Source: Auanema rhodensis (lineage: Eukaryota > Animalia > Nematoda). Taken from it: a stretch of DNA of 64,000 nucleotides. Under the pieces are notes generated by a model. It saw only the letters and a list, made by a program, of their open reading frames with translations. It was not told where the DNA came from and did not search any database. The stretch's first letter is position 1. Each line of letters starts with the position of its first letter. Location: the NCBI GenBank assembly GCA_964057225.1, contig OZ059894.1:8618001-8682000 (forward strand), read 5' to 3'. Positions 42,001-55,178 of the stretch are shown here, one piece after another. Made by a program: the position numbers and the translations under genes.

Positions 42001-42908
42001 TATACCTAATAATTTCTTTTCCTTCTTCTATATCCAGCCATAAAGCATTAGATGTCGTTGCCGGGGTAATTTCAGAATACTTTGTGCCTGACTACTTTTC
42101 ATTCGTATATAGGATATCAAACATTCTGCATTCATAAGTTCGCTATTTCAACACCTCAGGCTATAAGCTATGGTTCATTCTGCTCTCGTCGACTAGCCTA
42201 CCTACTAGCCAACATCCCAGCAAAGTAAATCTAACTTCATTCACACTCCTCTGCTCTTTCTCTTGTCCTCTTTCGAAGACGAATACATTCATAAGTTTCT
42301 CTTCTGTTTCATTCGTTCAACTTCAGAAAGCTGAACGTTATCGGTGTGCTGAACATAATTGAATTGTTCGTCAGCAACATAAATACATTATAAACATGGA
42401 ATCGAGGTCTCCCTCTCTCTATTGATGATACTGAAGTACTGACAATACAACTAACACAACGATTCGGAAGAGAATTGAGAATTAGACAATAGACGACGAA
42501 AAAAAAACTTTGCATGCCAAGCCTCTCCCTTCCAATTCTTTTTCTAGTACAATCAAAATAAATAGAGAACAATTTATTAATTATTAATTTAATATAAATA
42601 CCATTATAAAGTTTATTTATCTAGCAATTCAGACAAAGCTATCAAATTTTCCACGTCAAATTTGTTATGCAAATCTCATTTTCAAGTTTCACGTAGTTTC
42701 ATATCATATTTTTTCCTCATTTTCACTGTGATTGAATAGAAATCGGTCGATAGTATTATAATTATTATAATTATATAATTATTCTTATTAATATAATTAT
42801 TATTTTATATTTATCTTACTTACTATCGTATGTTATTAGTTATAATATTTCTATTATATTTTACCTTTTTTAGACTTTCGTTTAAACAACCTACAACTTT
42901 CACTAAAG

Positions 42909-45900
42909 ATGAATTCTTATTCTCGTTCCATCCTCTTAATCTGCCTTCTTGGAGTAACTGCTATGCCTTCAGGCCTAGATGAAATGGACGTCGTTGAAGA
43001 CGAGTAAGTTCAATTTAGAAAAAAACTTTTATTTTCCAATTTACTTGTTTGTTTTAGTTTAAATTCTTAACTATTTAGAAATCCTTTAACTATGAGAGAT
43101 CGTACTAGTAACTGTGAACAATTTACCGAATTATCATTGGAGAAGAGTAACCCTGCATACTGCAAAGTAAGTTGAATATAGTTTTAAAATTTTCTTAGAA
43201 TCTTTGAAAATAGCTTTCAAGTTCCATTTTAATCAACTTTACTTTATAAAAAAAGGTCTGTGTTCTTTGCATATTGTGATTGAAAGAAAGCAAGAGCATT
43301 GATCAACAGTATTCAGATATTATAAACGAGTTCTAATAAAAAGAAATGAATGGATCATAATCTATCCGATACTTTTCTATTTCAATTAATCCAACTTTCC
43401 AGGTTTTCGAAGCTTGCTGCAATTTGAACTTTGATCCTCTCAATGGAGACAGATGCCAAGATAAGGAAGTGAGATGTGTAAGTTTCTTTCTTTCAAAATT
43501 TCGAAAAACGAAAATTCAACTTTGAGATGAATGTGGTAATTCTTTATTTCTTACAGGATGTTGATACTGCTTTTTGCATCTGGCGCAACTGTACGGAATT
43601 GATCACCACCACCACAACTACTACCTTGGCTCCAACCACAACTCAATCAGGTATGTAACTTATAAGTATTGGTAGGGAAAGGGTTGATTGAGAACAAATC
43701 TTAATAAGAAGAATCACTTCTATAGAAAGTTGAAAGGAGGGGATTGAGGTGGAGAGAAGACAGGGAAGTAATAACGGAGATACCAAAAAAGCGTCATTTG
43801 AAAGTAGCCATTAGACGTCCTGCTATAAATATTTTTTTCTGATCACGTGCCCATTGTCATGCTAATGAGCTTTGAATGTCAATTCATATTAGGATATATG
43901 AGTTGAGGTTGTCTGATGATTGCTGTTATTCAGTAATGACATCAACAGGTTTTGTCAAGTCTATAGCACACGAAGAAAAAGTCTCATCACGACTGGCAGA
44001 TGCTAATTGTTAAAAAGCTTCTTCGCGTTTAAGATGTTTGACATATGATGCGAAGATGCCAACCGAATGACATGCTCATTTACATATATCATGTCATAAT
44101 CTGACATCGTGAAGTATATGTCCCTTCTGATTCTAATGATGCTGCTAGTTCACCTCAATGTAGTCTGCAAGAGTGTGTGCCTTCGCCTGCGCTACGCCAT
44201 GATGACCATCCAATGCGTTGATTCCCATGAGAGTCGACAGGCAACGTCCGGAACGTTTCCTAGTAAACAGTTAGAAGAGAAGAAGAGAATAGTTGAAAAG
44301 CATTTAAGAGAACAAGATATTGAAACTGAAGAGTGTCATCTTGCCAGCCTTTTACTTATTTAATTGGCTACTCAAAGCACATTGATCTCATCTATCTGCA
44401 TGTCCCTAGAGCTTCAATTCCAACATGGTTCTGCATTCTCTCATTGCTTCAAAGCACTTCTCGGACACCTATTACGCATTCTAATGTGGAAAGCTATTAT
44501 AGTGTTGATGATGTGGTCAAGATGTAATGACTGGGATGCAAAATAAAGATAGAAACTGAACAGAAGAGGGCATGTGTATCTGTAGAAGGGGTAGCGTGCA
44601 TAATATTCGATACTGTGCTTTATATGATCAAATACGTTTGCTTATATCAAATATAACATTGAACTTATTATGTGAGTATAAAGCTTTTGCTACGTTGTTT
44701 TGCTCATAATTGAGCAAATATACATAGAAGGCATATGTTTTAAGTTATTGCTGATGATAATACAGCTGCTTGTCCTTTCTTTTTTCTTTTTATTCGTTTA
44801 TTCATTGTTCAAACTACATTAGTTTCATTTTCTCCTTTGATATTCTGTAAAGCACAAGAATTCGATAATGAGATGACTATGTTTGAATAATAGAATTTTC
44901 ATTATGACGAAACGTTTGCCTTTGTAAATTCTATCATGTTATCTGTTTCAATCCTTTCTGCTTTCTGCTTTCATCATTCTTTGTACTCGTAATGAATGTG
45001 AATAAGACGAAACATGAGGATTCAAACGTAAAAGAGATGAGAGAATACAATTTCTCTGTCATTGCCATCAAAGAGCAAAGAAGAATATGACGATGATGAT
45101 GATGCTGATGAAGTAAAAGGCGATCATCACACTGAAAGCGAAAGACAGATCTGGTAATATGGATCATTTCATTTCCTTTTGGTTCGCGCTCATCTCAGAA
45201 TGCTGATTAGGATCGTTTAATTATGCTCAAAGATGGCTTAGCTAACAGGAAAGCAAAGGACCGACAGACCAAATGGCAAATGCAATTGAGACGGCTCATT
45301 CGGTGTAATCGAGGTCAAATTAAAGCTTTCCACACGACCATCAGCTTCTTATTCTGGGCATGAATTGTAAATTCAGGTTCATACTCTTCATTTAATTTTC
45401 TCAATAGTTTCTGTTGGGGTAGTACAGAGTGAAACATTGGAGCGAAAAGGTTGGCCAACACCAAGAACTCCAGCAAATACATTCACTAAATGAAGTAAAC
45501 TTATGAACTGTTGTTTTTTTAATAAAGCGAATGTTTCTTCTTTTGTGCAATTTCAAGAAAAAGATGTTTATGGAGCCAACTGAATACATGCTTTCTTGTT
45601 TTATTCTTATTTCTTTTGTTCCAAAATAATTGTATAATGCATTTAAGGGAGCAGTTGGTACAACAAGATCTAAATGCAAAATGTCTACTTTCTTAATATA
45701 ATTGAGTACATTAAGACCATGAATGTTTGAAACATATCTCCAGATAACATAGAAGACACTCATTTACTATAATATACTCATATTGCTCTTTATAGCTTGA
45801 ACCTAAAATTAGCCTTCTGTTGTATTATGTGTTTAGAAGATTTCTTAAACATTTCTCATTGGTTCTGGGTCAGAAGAGCCAAGACATTGACCAGCTTAGC

Positions 45901-46932
45901 AGTAGTCCATTATTAGAATGAATGTCCATTTATTCAGAAAAGAACACGAAGGAGATATAGATAGTGTGTTGATGCTGAGAGTAATGGCTTGTGCACCTTC
46001 ATCTACCTCATTACGGTGTTTTTGGTGGATCAGGTCAATAGTCTCTGCTCACCTGCCTCTATGTGATCCTAGACTATTTTGATTCATAATCTTTACGTAG
46101 ATGACTATTAACGGCTTTTTTTTGCGAAATTGAATGTTTGGATTAAGTGAATCTTGTATGGTTAGCTAGGTATTCAAGTAACCCCTACAACTACAGACAG
46201 GTGTTGTTTAGAAGATAATTTGTACAGATTACTGATGAGCGGCAGACTGCGGTCATGGAGGATAAGCTTTGTAATGGGTCCAGGTGTTCTTTCAATATAA
46301 TATAATTGATTGTCTGCACTCTCTTGCCAATCTGTATGATGTAGCATGAAATCTGAGTAGTCATTTTCATCAATTTCGCTATATCCGGATAACAGCTAAC
46401 AATCGTTTCTTTTATCCGGCTACAAAATGAAATATCAAATACTCCCCACCTCATTTACATTATTGTCAGAAGAAATGATGAAAAGAACAGAGGCAGAGCG
46501 ATGAGGGTATTAGGCATTCCAAATGCCTATTTAACGTTGAATATCTAGTTGATCAGCAGGGGATCTGATGGCGGTATAGATCTGAGTGAGGTATCATACG
46601 TTGGCCTCACTCACTTGTCACATTAACTGTAATAATGAAAGAGATGTGATGAGTGAGTGGGGGTGGATGGGGGTTTCTACACCAAAAATGGAGTTATTTC
46701 AATCGTGCTTATAGTACTTATATGAAGATGAAAGAATTTATTGAGCTTATAATATTGAATATTAAATCACGTGAAATATGTAGTTTTCATTTTCAATATT
46801 AAATGCAAAATTCAGTTGTTGTACTTTTTAAGAAAAACATGTGTATGTCGGATGCATCTTATTATATTTATTTCAGCTTCCAGCGTGGGTTTAGTTTTAA
46901 CAACACTTGGAGCTATGTTCCTTCTTCACTAA
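42909..46932 (+). CDS. 135-aa secreted Cys-rich protein with Thr stalk and probable GPI anchor; exons 42909-43003, 43079-43166, 43403-43477, 43557-43650, 46877-46932 (not in ORF track)
   Basis: All introns GT-AG and in phase; signal peptide, 8-Cys domain (NCEQF..AYCKVFEACC..RCQ..RC..FCIWRNC), TTTTTTTLAPTTTQS, ASSVGLVLTTLGAMFLLH*. Confidence 0.83.
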
Positions 46933-49900
46933 GCTGGACAGGTATGTTTTAGTTTTACTTTAAATTTGCACATATTGTATGAATTTTTTAATATTTTCAA
47001 TTTTCACGATATCGTTTTGTATAGAAATAATTTACAATATTTCTAAAAATGCTATTAACTTTATCTCTTTACTAATTCAACGATCTCTTTAGTTATATCC
47101 ACAACTATGCCACTATGGCTAGTAGTAAGTGTGATAGAAAATATAAAAGTGATAGACAGGGACAAGAAGGGCAAAAATGAAGAGAGAAAGGGTAGTGCGA
47201 ATGAAAAGAGACCCATGAAGAAGATAGAAGGGTGTGAAAGGAAAAAAGAGGTTTGACAGGGGGCAAAGTGGTCGACACGCGACCATCTGGCACCTTTGGC
47301 CTCTTCAGATGGCCTACTCTACTTCGAGTCACACGGTTCCTCAAAGTCTCTGCCTTCTAGCATGCTTCTTTGGCAAAACATTTCACCTCATGTCAATACG
47401 TATAAGGACTCTTGGATAAAAGCATAACAGACACTTGGAAACATATGAATTCGTTCTCAACAAGTATATCTCCGTGTCCTTATAGAATATGAAGAAAAGC
47501 TTCCGAATCTTTAGAAAAGAATCAAAATTTGAATAAATTAAGACTCAAAACTGACATACGGCTCTTATAATACTTGAGACGACGATATTTTTCATTAAGT
47601 ACAAGTAGCACACGTAGCTTCAAGCTTATACGTCTTGGGCTTCTGCAATAATTGATTAATACGAACATATAGAAGAGAATTTTGAGAGACTGTAAGCTTT
47701 TGTTACTTCTTCAAGCATTAAATAAGCTCTCATTTGTTGTGAACATTTTGTTTTTATTACGTTCACAAAATAACAACAAATAACTGGGTTGACTAGAATT
47801 TCTAATTAGCAATAACTCAAGAATAATGCTCGTGTAATGGTTGTTAGTCCGTTCGAGCTTTTTCTATAAGGTATACGTTGTACATATATATAATTTTGAG
47901 CTGAAGCAAAATTGGGCTTTCTAACAGAAATATCCAACATTTAATGCAAACTTTGATCTTCTCTGGAAGCCTTGGAAATCTAATAATATTTCTTTTTTTC
48001 GGTGAAACTTAAATGACAACAAAAGCTTAGTCATGCAGCTGTCGCTGCATTTCTTCTCTTTCTTTTTCTTAAAAAAATGTGTTTTGTGCATTTCACATGG
48101 TCAGAACATTTGAGCAAACAGCTCCGTGTGAGATGATCGAGTTTCTTCTGACCTTGACAAAAGCTTGTGATACGTTATAACGACTATAAAAGGCTGACGA
48201 ATTGCGTAATTATCCTCCTCACTCCATATGTTACAGTATTTTGATACTTTTCTGTACAGCTTTGCTATGGATTTGATTAGTATAAAGCAAATACCTATCC
48301 ACCGTCTGTGCTCATCTTTGACTTTGAGCTGGTGTTTTTTTCTTTCGAAGAGGATAAGCAACCAAACGTTTTCTCATTTGAAAAATAAATGAGATACAAA
48401 AGTATTAGGTCAGAATAATAAGCTAGACTGTGTTGATGTTCAAACATTCGTCTATGTCTGACAGTTGTATTTCCATTTGCTCTCCTTGTATCCCTCTTTC
48501 TCTCGCAATTAATATATGCATATACAGACGACGTTCATGAAGTAAAAAGAGACTTGTCTGTCTGATCACGTTGACTACTAACTATCCATCTGTCAACTGT
48601 ATTCTCTTACAAGAAAAGCAATTTTCTCCCATACTGGCACAAAAGACTTATTTAATATTATAAATTATTCATTAAAATATAATATAATATATAATATAAA
48701 TATATATATTAAATATAAATATATCAAATTATTTCTTCTCAATTACATCTTCGTATATTCATAAAAAAAGATATTTTGAGAAATCGTGAACTTGTAAATT
48801 GAAATTATGGAGAATTCAGAATATTTATAACTTTCTTACTTCATGTTAAACCATAAAAAATATTTATTTCAGATTAATCTTCGTACCAACATTCTTCCAA
48901 TTACCTACGGTTATGTAACCACAATCTTCACTCGTTTTCCTAGTATAAATGGACGTTGAACTTCATCTCTCTCTCTCTCCCTCTCCCTCGTATCCTCCCT
49001 GTTCCAACATCTACCACAATTGTGTTTTTCTCATCTAGATTAAGATTGAAAAAACTCAAAACTGTTAGAAATTATTATGACAGTATATCTCCACGACTAT
49101 TATTATACATTTTATCTTTTGTTCTTTTTTATTTTCATTTTTTTTAAATATTCAACTTTGTTTCCAGATACCTATTCTCGCTTACTGCCAGTGATCTTTT
49201 GACAAAGTTAGTGTAAAGTCAGTTTCTATCTTGCATTAAGCTTAATCCATTCAAAATATAGTTTATTTATATTTCATTTGTTTTTAATTATACATAATTT
49301 TCCTCTTAAATTAAGAGTCTATTCAGACTATTCTGTGAAGTTTTCCAGCTTTTTGTTGATTTTTTAGCCTTAGGCATAATAAAGTCTCAGAAGCTCTTTC
49401 CAACCATTATCAACATCAATACCATCGTCGCTCATTAGCCATCCAAATTAGAAAGAAAAGTTTTTTTTTTCGTGTATTATACCGTAATCTTGTTTAAACT
49501 TTTTTTTTTCTCTCAGAATACCTTGATATGCATAAATTGTTCTTCCAATTGCTCTTTCAATAAAAATATTTGATATAAAAGATAAGAGATAAAAGGTTCA
49601 TAATTTGCCAATAAAATAAATTAGAACAATTATTATGAAATATAATAATCAACGTTTCAAAATACATACACAGACATACAGAATTTTTATAGGAATATAA
49701 TAAAAAAGTGAAGATAACCATATAAGGTGATAGAAATCACACACCGACTAGAGAACTATTCAACAATTATGTCGATTGATCTTATCATATTATTATTTTC
49801 TGGAGATATGATTTGAAATAAAAGGTTGAATATAAGAAATAGTAAAGAGATGATATTCGTGCCAAACGACAAGGTAATGAAGAGGACCGACAACAGGGTT

Positions 49901-50267
49901 AAGAGAGAGAGAGATTGAGCGAGTTGATGTACTGTAATTATAGGTCGGATGTTTACATCTTAACGAGATAAGAATAACGAAAAACTATTACTGATCCGTT
50001 GTTTCTCTCTTACTTGATATACAATACATCGCTTTGCCGACAGATTACATATTTCTATAAGATTTTCGTTGATGAAAAGATGGGATAATGATTGAAAAAT
50101 CTTTATTTTCATGGAGAAATTGTGGTTTTTTTTGGTTTGTTTGTTTTTTCATGAAATTCTTCATGAATTTATAAAAATAATAATGAAAACCAATTAAAAA
50201 AATAAATCTCTTTATTAAGGTTCATAACTTATTTACATATTATTTTATAATTAATTATATTTAACGT

Positions 50268-52788
50268 CTATAACTGGCGATAAGTGTAGCATGAAATATC
50301 AGCTTTAGTCTCTTGGCAGTACAATTCTGTGTTTGTGACATAGCTGAAATGGTTATTTGGTTTAAATAAAACTCTTAGTTTTAAAAAATTTCATAACTTC
50401 AATTTGCTTTAATATTTCTTCTTTTCTATCCCTTTTTAAAAGAACAAATAATTGAGAATAGAGAATAGAAAATCAAGGATTAAAAATAAATTTTAGTACG
50501 AATTTTCAAATTTTTGAACCCATAAAGATAAATATATTCTTATCAATAAATGTTTATATTTCAAAGAACAATCTGTCTGTTTCATAGATCATGCCGATAT
50601 TTACTGTTAAAAGAAATTTTTGATTTTAATCAAGTTGTTTAATGCTTGAAGTGCAATCGATCTCCCGACTCATTCGTAATCAAAATGATATTCACATGAA
50701 TTGACAGGAATTCATGTGTATGTGTATTTATTTATAGATGTATATAGAAATGTAATCTTTGAATTACCTGAAATCTCCATTGGCACAGATAACGTCGAAT
50801 CTTCCTCCGAATTGAGCTTCAGCAGCGAGCTGGATTAATCTCTTCGAGCTGTTAAGGTTGTTATCCATGTTCTGAAAATAAATTATTAATGACAATAAGC
50901 AGAAATATCAGAATACTTCGAGCATGAGATTACGCAAATCTTCAGAGTTGCACAGTGGATCGTCAGTGATCTTCAATTCGCTGATATCAACAATCTTCTC
51001 TTCAGCTTGATCTTCTACGTCTTCTTCAGAATCCTATAAATATCAATTATTAAAATATATATATTTAACTTTTGTATAGTACAGTTTCTTTATCTTCTTG
51101 TTTTTCTTGAACGGTGTCTTGAACATCAACATGAGCTTCCTCTACAACTTCGGCGTTCTTTGAAGCAGCAGCAGCAGCAGCTGTAGCAGCGACTGGTCCG
51201 TTCTGAAATCAGAACATGAAATATTTAAGTTGTTCTGTTAATATGCAGAGATTAAGTTTTTTTCCTACAGATAATTTATTATATTTAATTTTCCTAATGT
51301 TTCTGAGATTTATTTAATGCATTTTACGCGCTCCGCATTTTTTAGGTGTGGTCAATCCAAGTTCAAAAGGTTGAACTTGAAGTACAATATCCAGTTTTTT
51401 AAGAGATTGTTTAGCCGATATCCATATTTTACACACTATTAATCTATCAAGAAAAAAAAGAGAAAAAGAAGATAAACGTGAAAAGCAGTTAGCATAGCGT
51501 CGCGTCGTTATCCCTGTATTATCAAGATATTTTCTAAATATTCTCGGATGTTAGGGTGGCCAAAACGAGGAATAGTCATCAGACATCAGGAGCGAAAGAT
51601 ATATTTAATAGAACTAGTCTGATTATCTTTTTTCTTATATTGAATGAAATATTTGTGAACGTTCATCACGAAGATTTCCAACACTCGCGAGAATATAGAG
51701 ATACACTATTTGAGTGCACATCATCCAATAAGTACTTTTAATGATAATGTTGATGCAAAAGGCAAATCTATTGTGTAACGTTGACCAACAAAGAAAAAAG
51801 CATTTTGTTTCAACAGAAGCATACAAGCTTCTGAGTAATTAGACAAGGCTTTTAGAACTTACGTAAGATGGATTGGCGGCAATTTGTTGAACCTCACTTT
51901 GGATAACCTCTACTTGTTGTTGAGTCTGAAATCATATTATAAGTGTTGTCCTGTTTGTACGTGAAGTTAATGGAAACAAAAAAGATGCTAGTGTTATGGT
52001 GTGGGACTAGAATTACATAAGTTTCTATCATATCTTGCTAATGCTACAACTGATGCTAATACTAGGATAGTACGCTAAAGCTGATAAACCTTATATTCAG
52101 GTATTTCTTTGATTAATGGAGTAACTTGAACTTGTTGGGGACGAGTTGCAATTGGAGCTGGTACATGTTCTTGATAAGCGTTATCAACAGTTGGAACAGA
52201 AGGGAAGTGCTGTAGAAAATTCGAGAAATCAATGGTTAGTCTTCCATGAATGAAGACAAGAGTATAGGAAAGTTTATATTTTGAGATGAATGCTGTTAGC
52301 ACGTTCAAAGTTAGTTTGAAGTCAAGTAATAATGTTATAAATATTAATATGTGAAACGAAAACTTGTGTGTCAGAACACTAAACTCACTTGCTGAGCATA
52401 GCTTGGTTGTGGTTGTGGAAGTGGTTGTGGTGGTTGTTGTGGGACATATTGTGGTTGTGGTTGTTGATATTGCCCTACCGGTAATTGAGGTTGGAATTGG
52501 AACTGAGGCTGGGCATATGATGGCTGTGGAGCATATACTTGAGGTTGAGCATAACCACCACCACCGCAAGATGATTGACATGGAGCTGCTAGAAGAAGAT
52601 AAAATATGTTTAACAGAAGGAAATGGTAGAAATTTGGATGAGAATATAAACTTACGTTGTGGGCAAACTGGAGCTGGAGCTGGAGGTGGACAGGATGGAG
52701 GAGCTCCACATCCACATGAGGATGAGCCAAAGAAGAAGGCAGAAGCCAAAGCTGGAAGAGTAACAGCAACGAGGATAACAGATCGCAT
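50268..52788 (-). CDS. Ground-like (hedgehog-related, grl-5/grl-7-type) secreted protein, multi-exon
   Basis: Signal peptide, Pro/Gln-rich linker, C-terminal Ground-like domain DPLCNSEDLR..SKRLIQLAAEAQFGGRFDVICANGDFSYVTNTELYCQETKADISCYTYRQL*. Confidence 0.92.
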
Positions 52789-55178
52789 CTGGAACATATA
52801 GCTCTACTTAAACGATGGCGATCAAAAAAAAAAGAAAAAGTCACAAAAAGTTTTATCTAGAGATGTCTGAACAACGTCTAGGCAAATGATACGACTGACT
52901 GAGATAAATATGCAATTCGTTCACGGATATTCAGATAACTTCAAGATATGTAACTACGTGTTTCTTGATAAAGAAGACAAGCATCAAACAGACATACGCT
53001 GATTTATAGGTTATCTTGTTATAAGATCGACAACGAATTGAAATAATATATGGTAAAGCTTAGACTAAAGTTGTACGAAGATTATATCCAACTAGTTTTT
53101 TGATGATGTTCATGTTTCAGGGGGCTGTTACTTCTTACAGTCTTCGCTCTTCACACACTATTTCACTCGCTCTCTAATCTGCAAGTTAACTCATTCTCTG
53201 TTATTCCTCGTTTTCCAATACATAACTATTATTTGAAAGTAGTTTGAAGTTATTAACTAAGGATTTTAAAAGCCATTGACGTATTAACAACACATTTTAG
53301 CGATTATAGGAAGAAATTCATATATTTTGGTAAAATAGCTTTGTTGTTGTTGAGAAAAGTGATTTAGAAATACTAAGCTAAATATTTGATAACATGTTAG
53401 TTTCAAAATGATGAGGAAAAATGAACAAGTAACAGGTTCCAAATAGGTTAGCTGGAGATGATGAGATGTTAATATCCTTCGGCGTCAATTCATTAGCGCT
53501 TTTAATGATTGTTAACTTGAGCAGTTTAGTTGATATATGGGAAGCGGTAGAGAAGAAGAGATAAATCAAGATTAAAAGTAAAGTAAATTATGAAGCACAT
53601 CATCTGAAAATGAAGACCTCGAAGGTGTTACAAGCACAACCTAATACAAAATGACCACAAATGGAAATGAACGATTTGGCAAGCTGAACTTCGCTTAAAA
53701 GGGACTCTGTACCTGGACTCTTTGTCTTTCAATCCGCCTCTCACACTCATTATCTTTCATTCTCGCTTTCTGAAGCGGAAGAAGAAGCCACCGAATTCGG
53801 CTATCTAGCCTCTATCTCTCATGATCCTTTTTCCACTCGTCTTTCTCTTTTATCAATCGCACATCATTTCCTATTTCAGATGTCGATCAAGCGACCTGTC
53901 CCGCGTACAGGATACATTATTTCTCATCCTTCTGTATCCCTTGTAGTCTCATCAACCTCTCTCTCTCCTGAAAAGCCCTTTAACCCTTCCGTCTAATTTC
54001 TCTCCAACACATGTTATATTCGTGTTTCGTACTCGTTTCCCGTATCTCTCCATCATCGGTAATGTCACATTCACCATGAACGATAAATTTTAGCTACACC
54101 TGATGCTTGCTGGCCCTCTCTTTGCAAAATCTGGAAACTTTAGTCTGGAATATGAAAAGAAAGAAACGTTGATAAACAAGGGAAAAGAGAAAAACATGAC
54201 TTTCGCACATTTTCCCTGAAATCTTCGCGGATTCGAGAAACATGAAGACTGAACAGAATTTTCGGAAATATTAAACAATAAACATCATTGTTCTAAACTA
54301 ATCATTCCTGATATCAACCAATTTCAAACCCAGAATTATTCCTTTTTCAGGTTTTGACCCAACCTCATACCCAAATATTTCTAAAATGTTTGATTTCTGG
54401 TATCTGACTACATCAAATTCGATTTAGAAAGTGATACCTGAGAATTGTAACTCGTGAGAAGAAAACCAAATTTCATCACTTTTTTTTTCTCTTCACTAGC
54501 TAATTAGTTCAAACATTTTAAATTTGAAACATGCAACTTTCATCAGACTTTCACTGGAACCGTAAATCAGATATGAAAAAAGGAAGATGAACAAAGAAAA
54601 GCGGGAATAGATGGTCAACTCATTTCTTTTCGAAAGCTTATTCTATCTCCAATCTATTTTTTGTTGGATGATCAAGAAATAAAAAGTTATTCTCACTCTC
54701 ACTAGTGATACTTTCTCCAAAGTTTGCGGAGATATGTATACATGAACTTCTTTTTTTCTTTTCATCATGTCATTTGAATGATTGATGATCGAAAACTTGA
54801 TAACTTATTCAATTTCATCAATGGATCTGAAGTGGATCCTATGAGATGAGATGAAGCCAGATGCTTGAATGTTATTCAATTTTAAAACAAGAAACTATGT
54901 ATATTCTGTGATACTGATATGACCCTTATATTCTCATTGTTTCTCTTAATGTCCGTCCGTATGTGATACTTGTTTGTTTTATCTCTTTCAGGCATTGCGA
55001 CTTCGTACTTTTGGGTAGAACAAATCAATAACTTTATTATTTATTCATTTATTTATATATATATATATATGTGTGTATATATAGTTATTTAGACGAAAAC
55101 GGATTTTATTAATTATATGCCTTAAAGGCATGGTTGGTCCTAGAAGCTTCAGACACGTTGTTGTGTAGTTCATCAGAA

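Noticed and set aside
28000-42800. Short ORFs and possible conserved miRNAs in the gene-poor stretch
   Set aside because: ORFs are F/S/L-rich translations of CT-rich DNA without splice support; no mature miRNA I know was matched by eye
44109-46454. Nested genes in the 3.2-kb intron
   Set aside because: No coherent exon structure or recognisable motifs
52075-52801. Alternative 240-aa and antisense 145-aa ORFs
   Set aside because: Read-through and shadow frames of Ground-like gene exons
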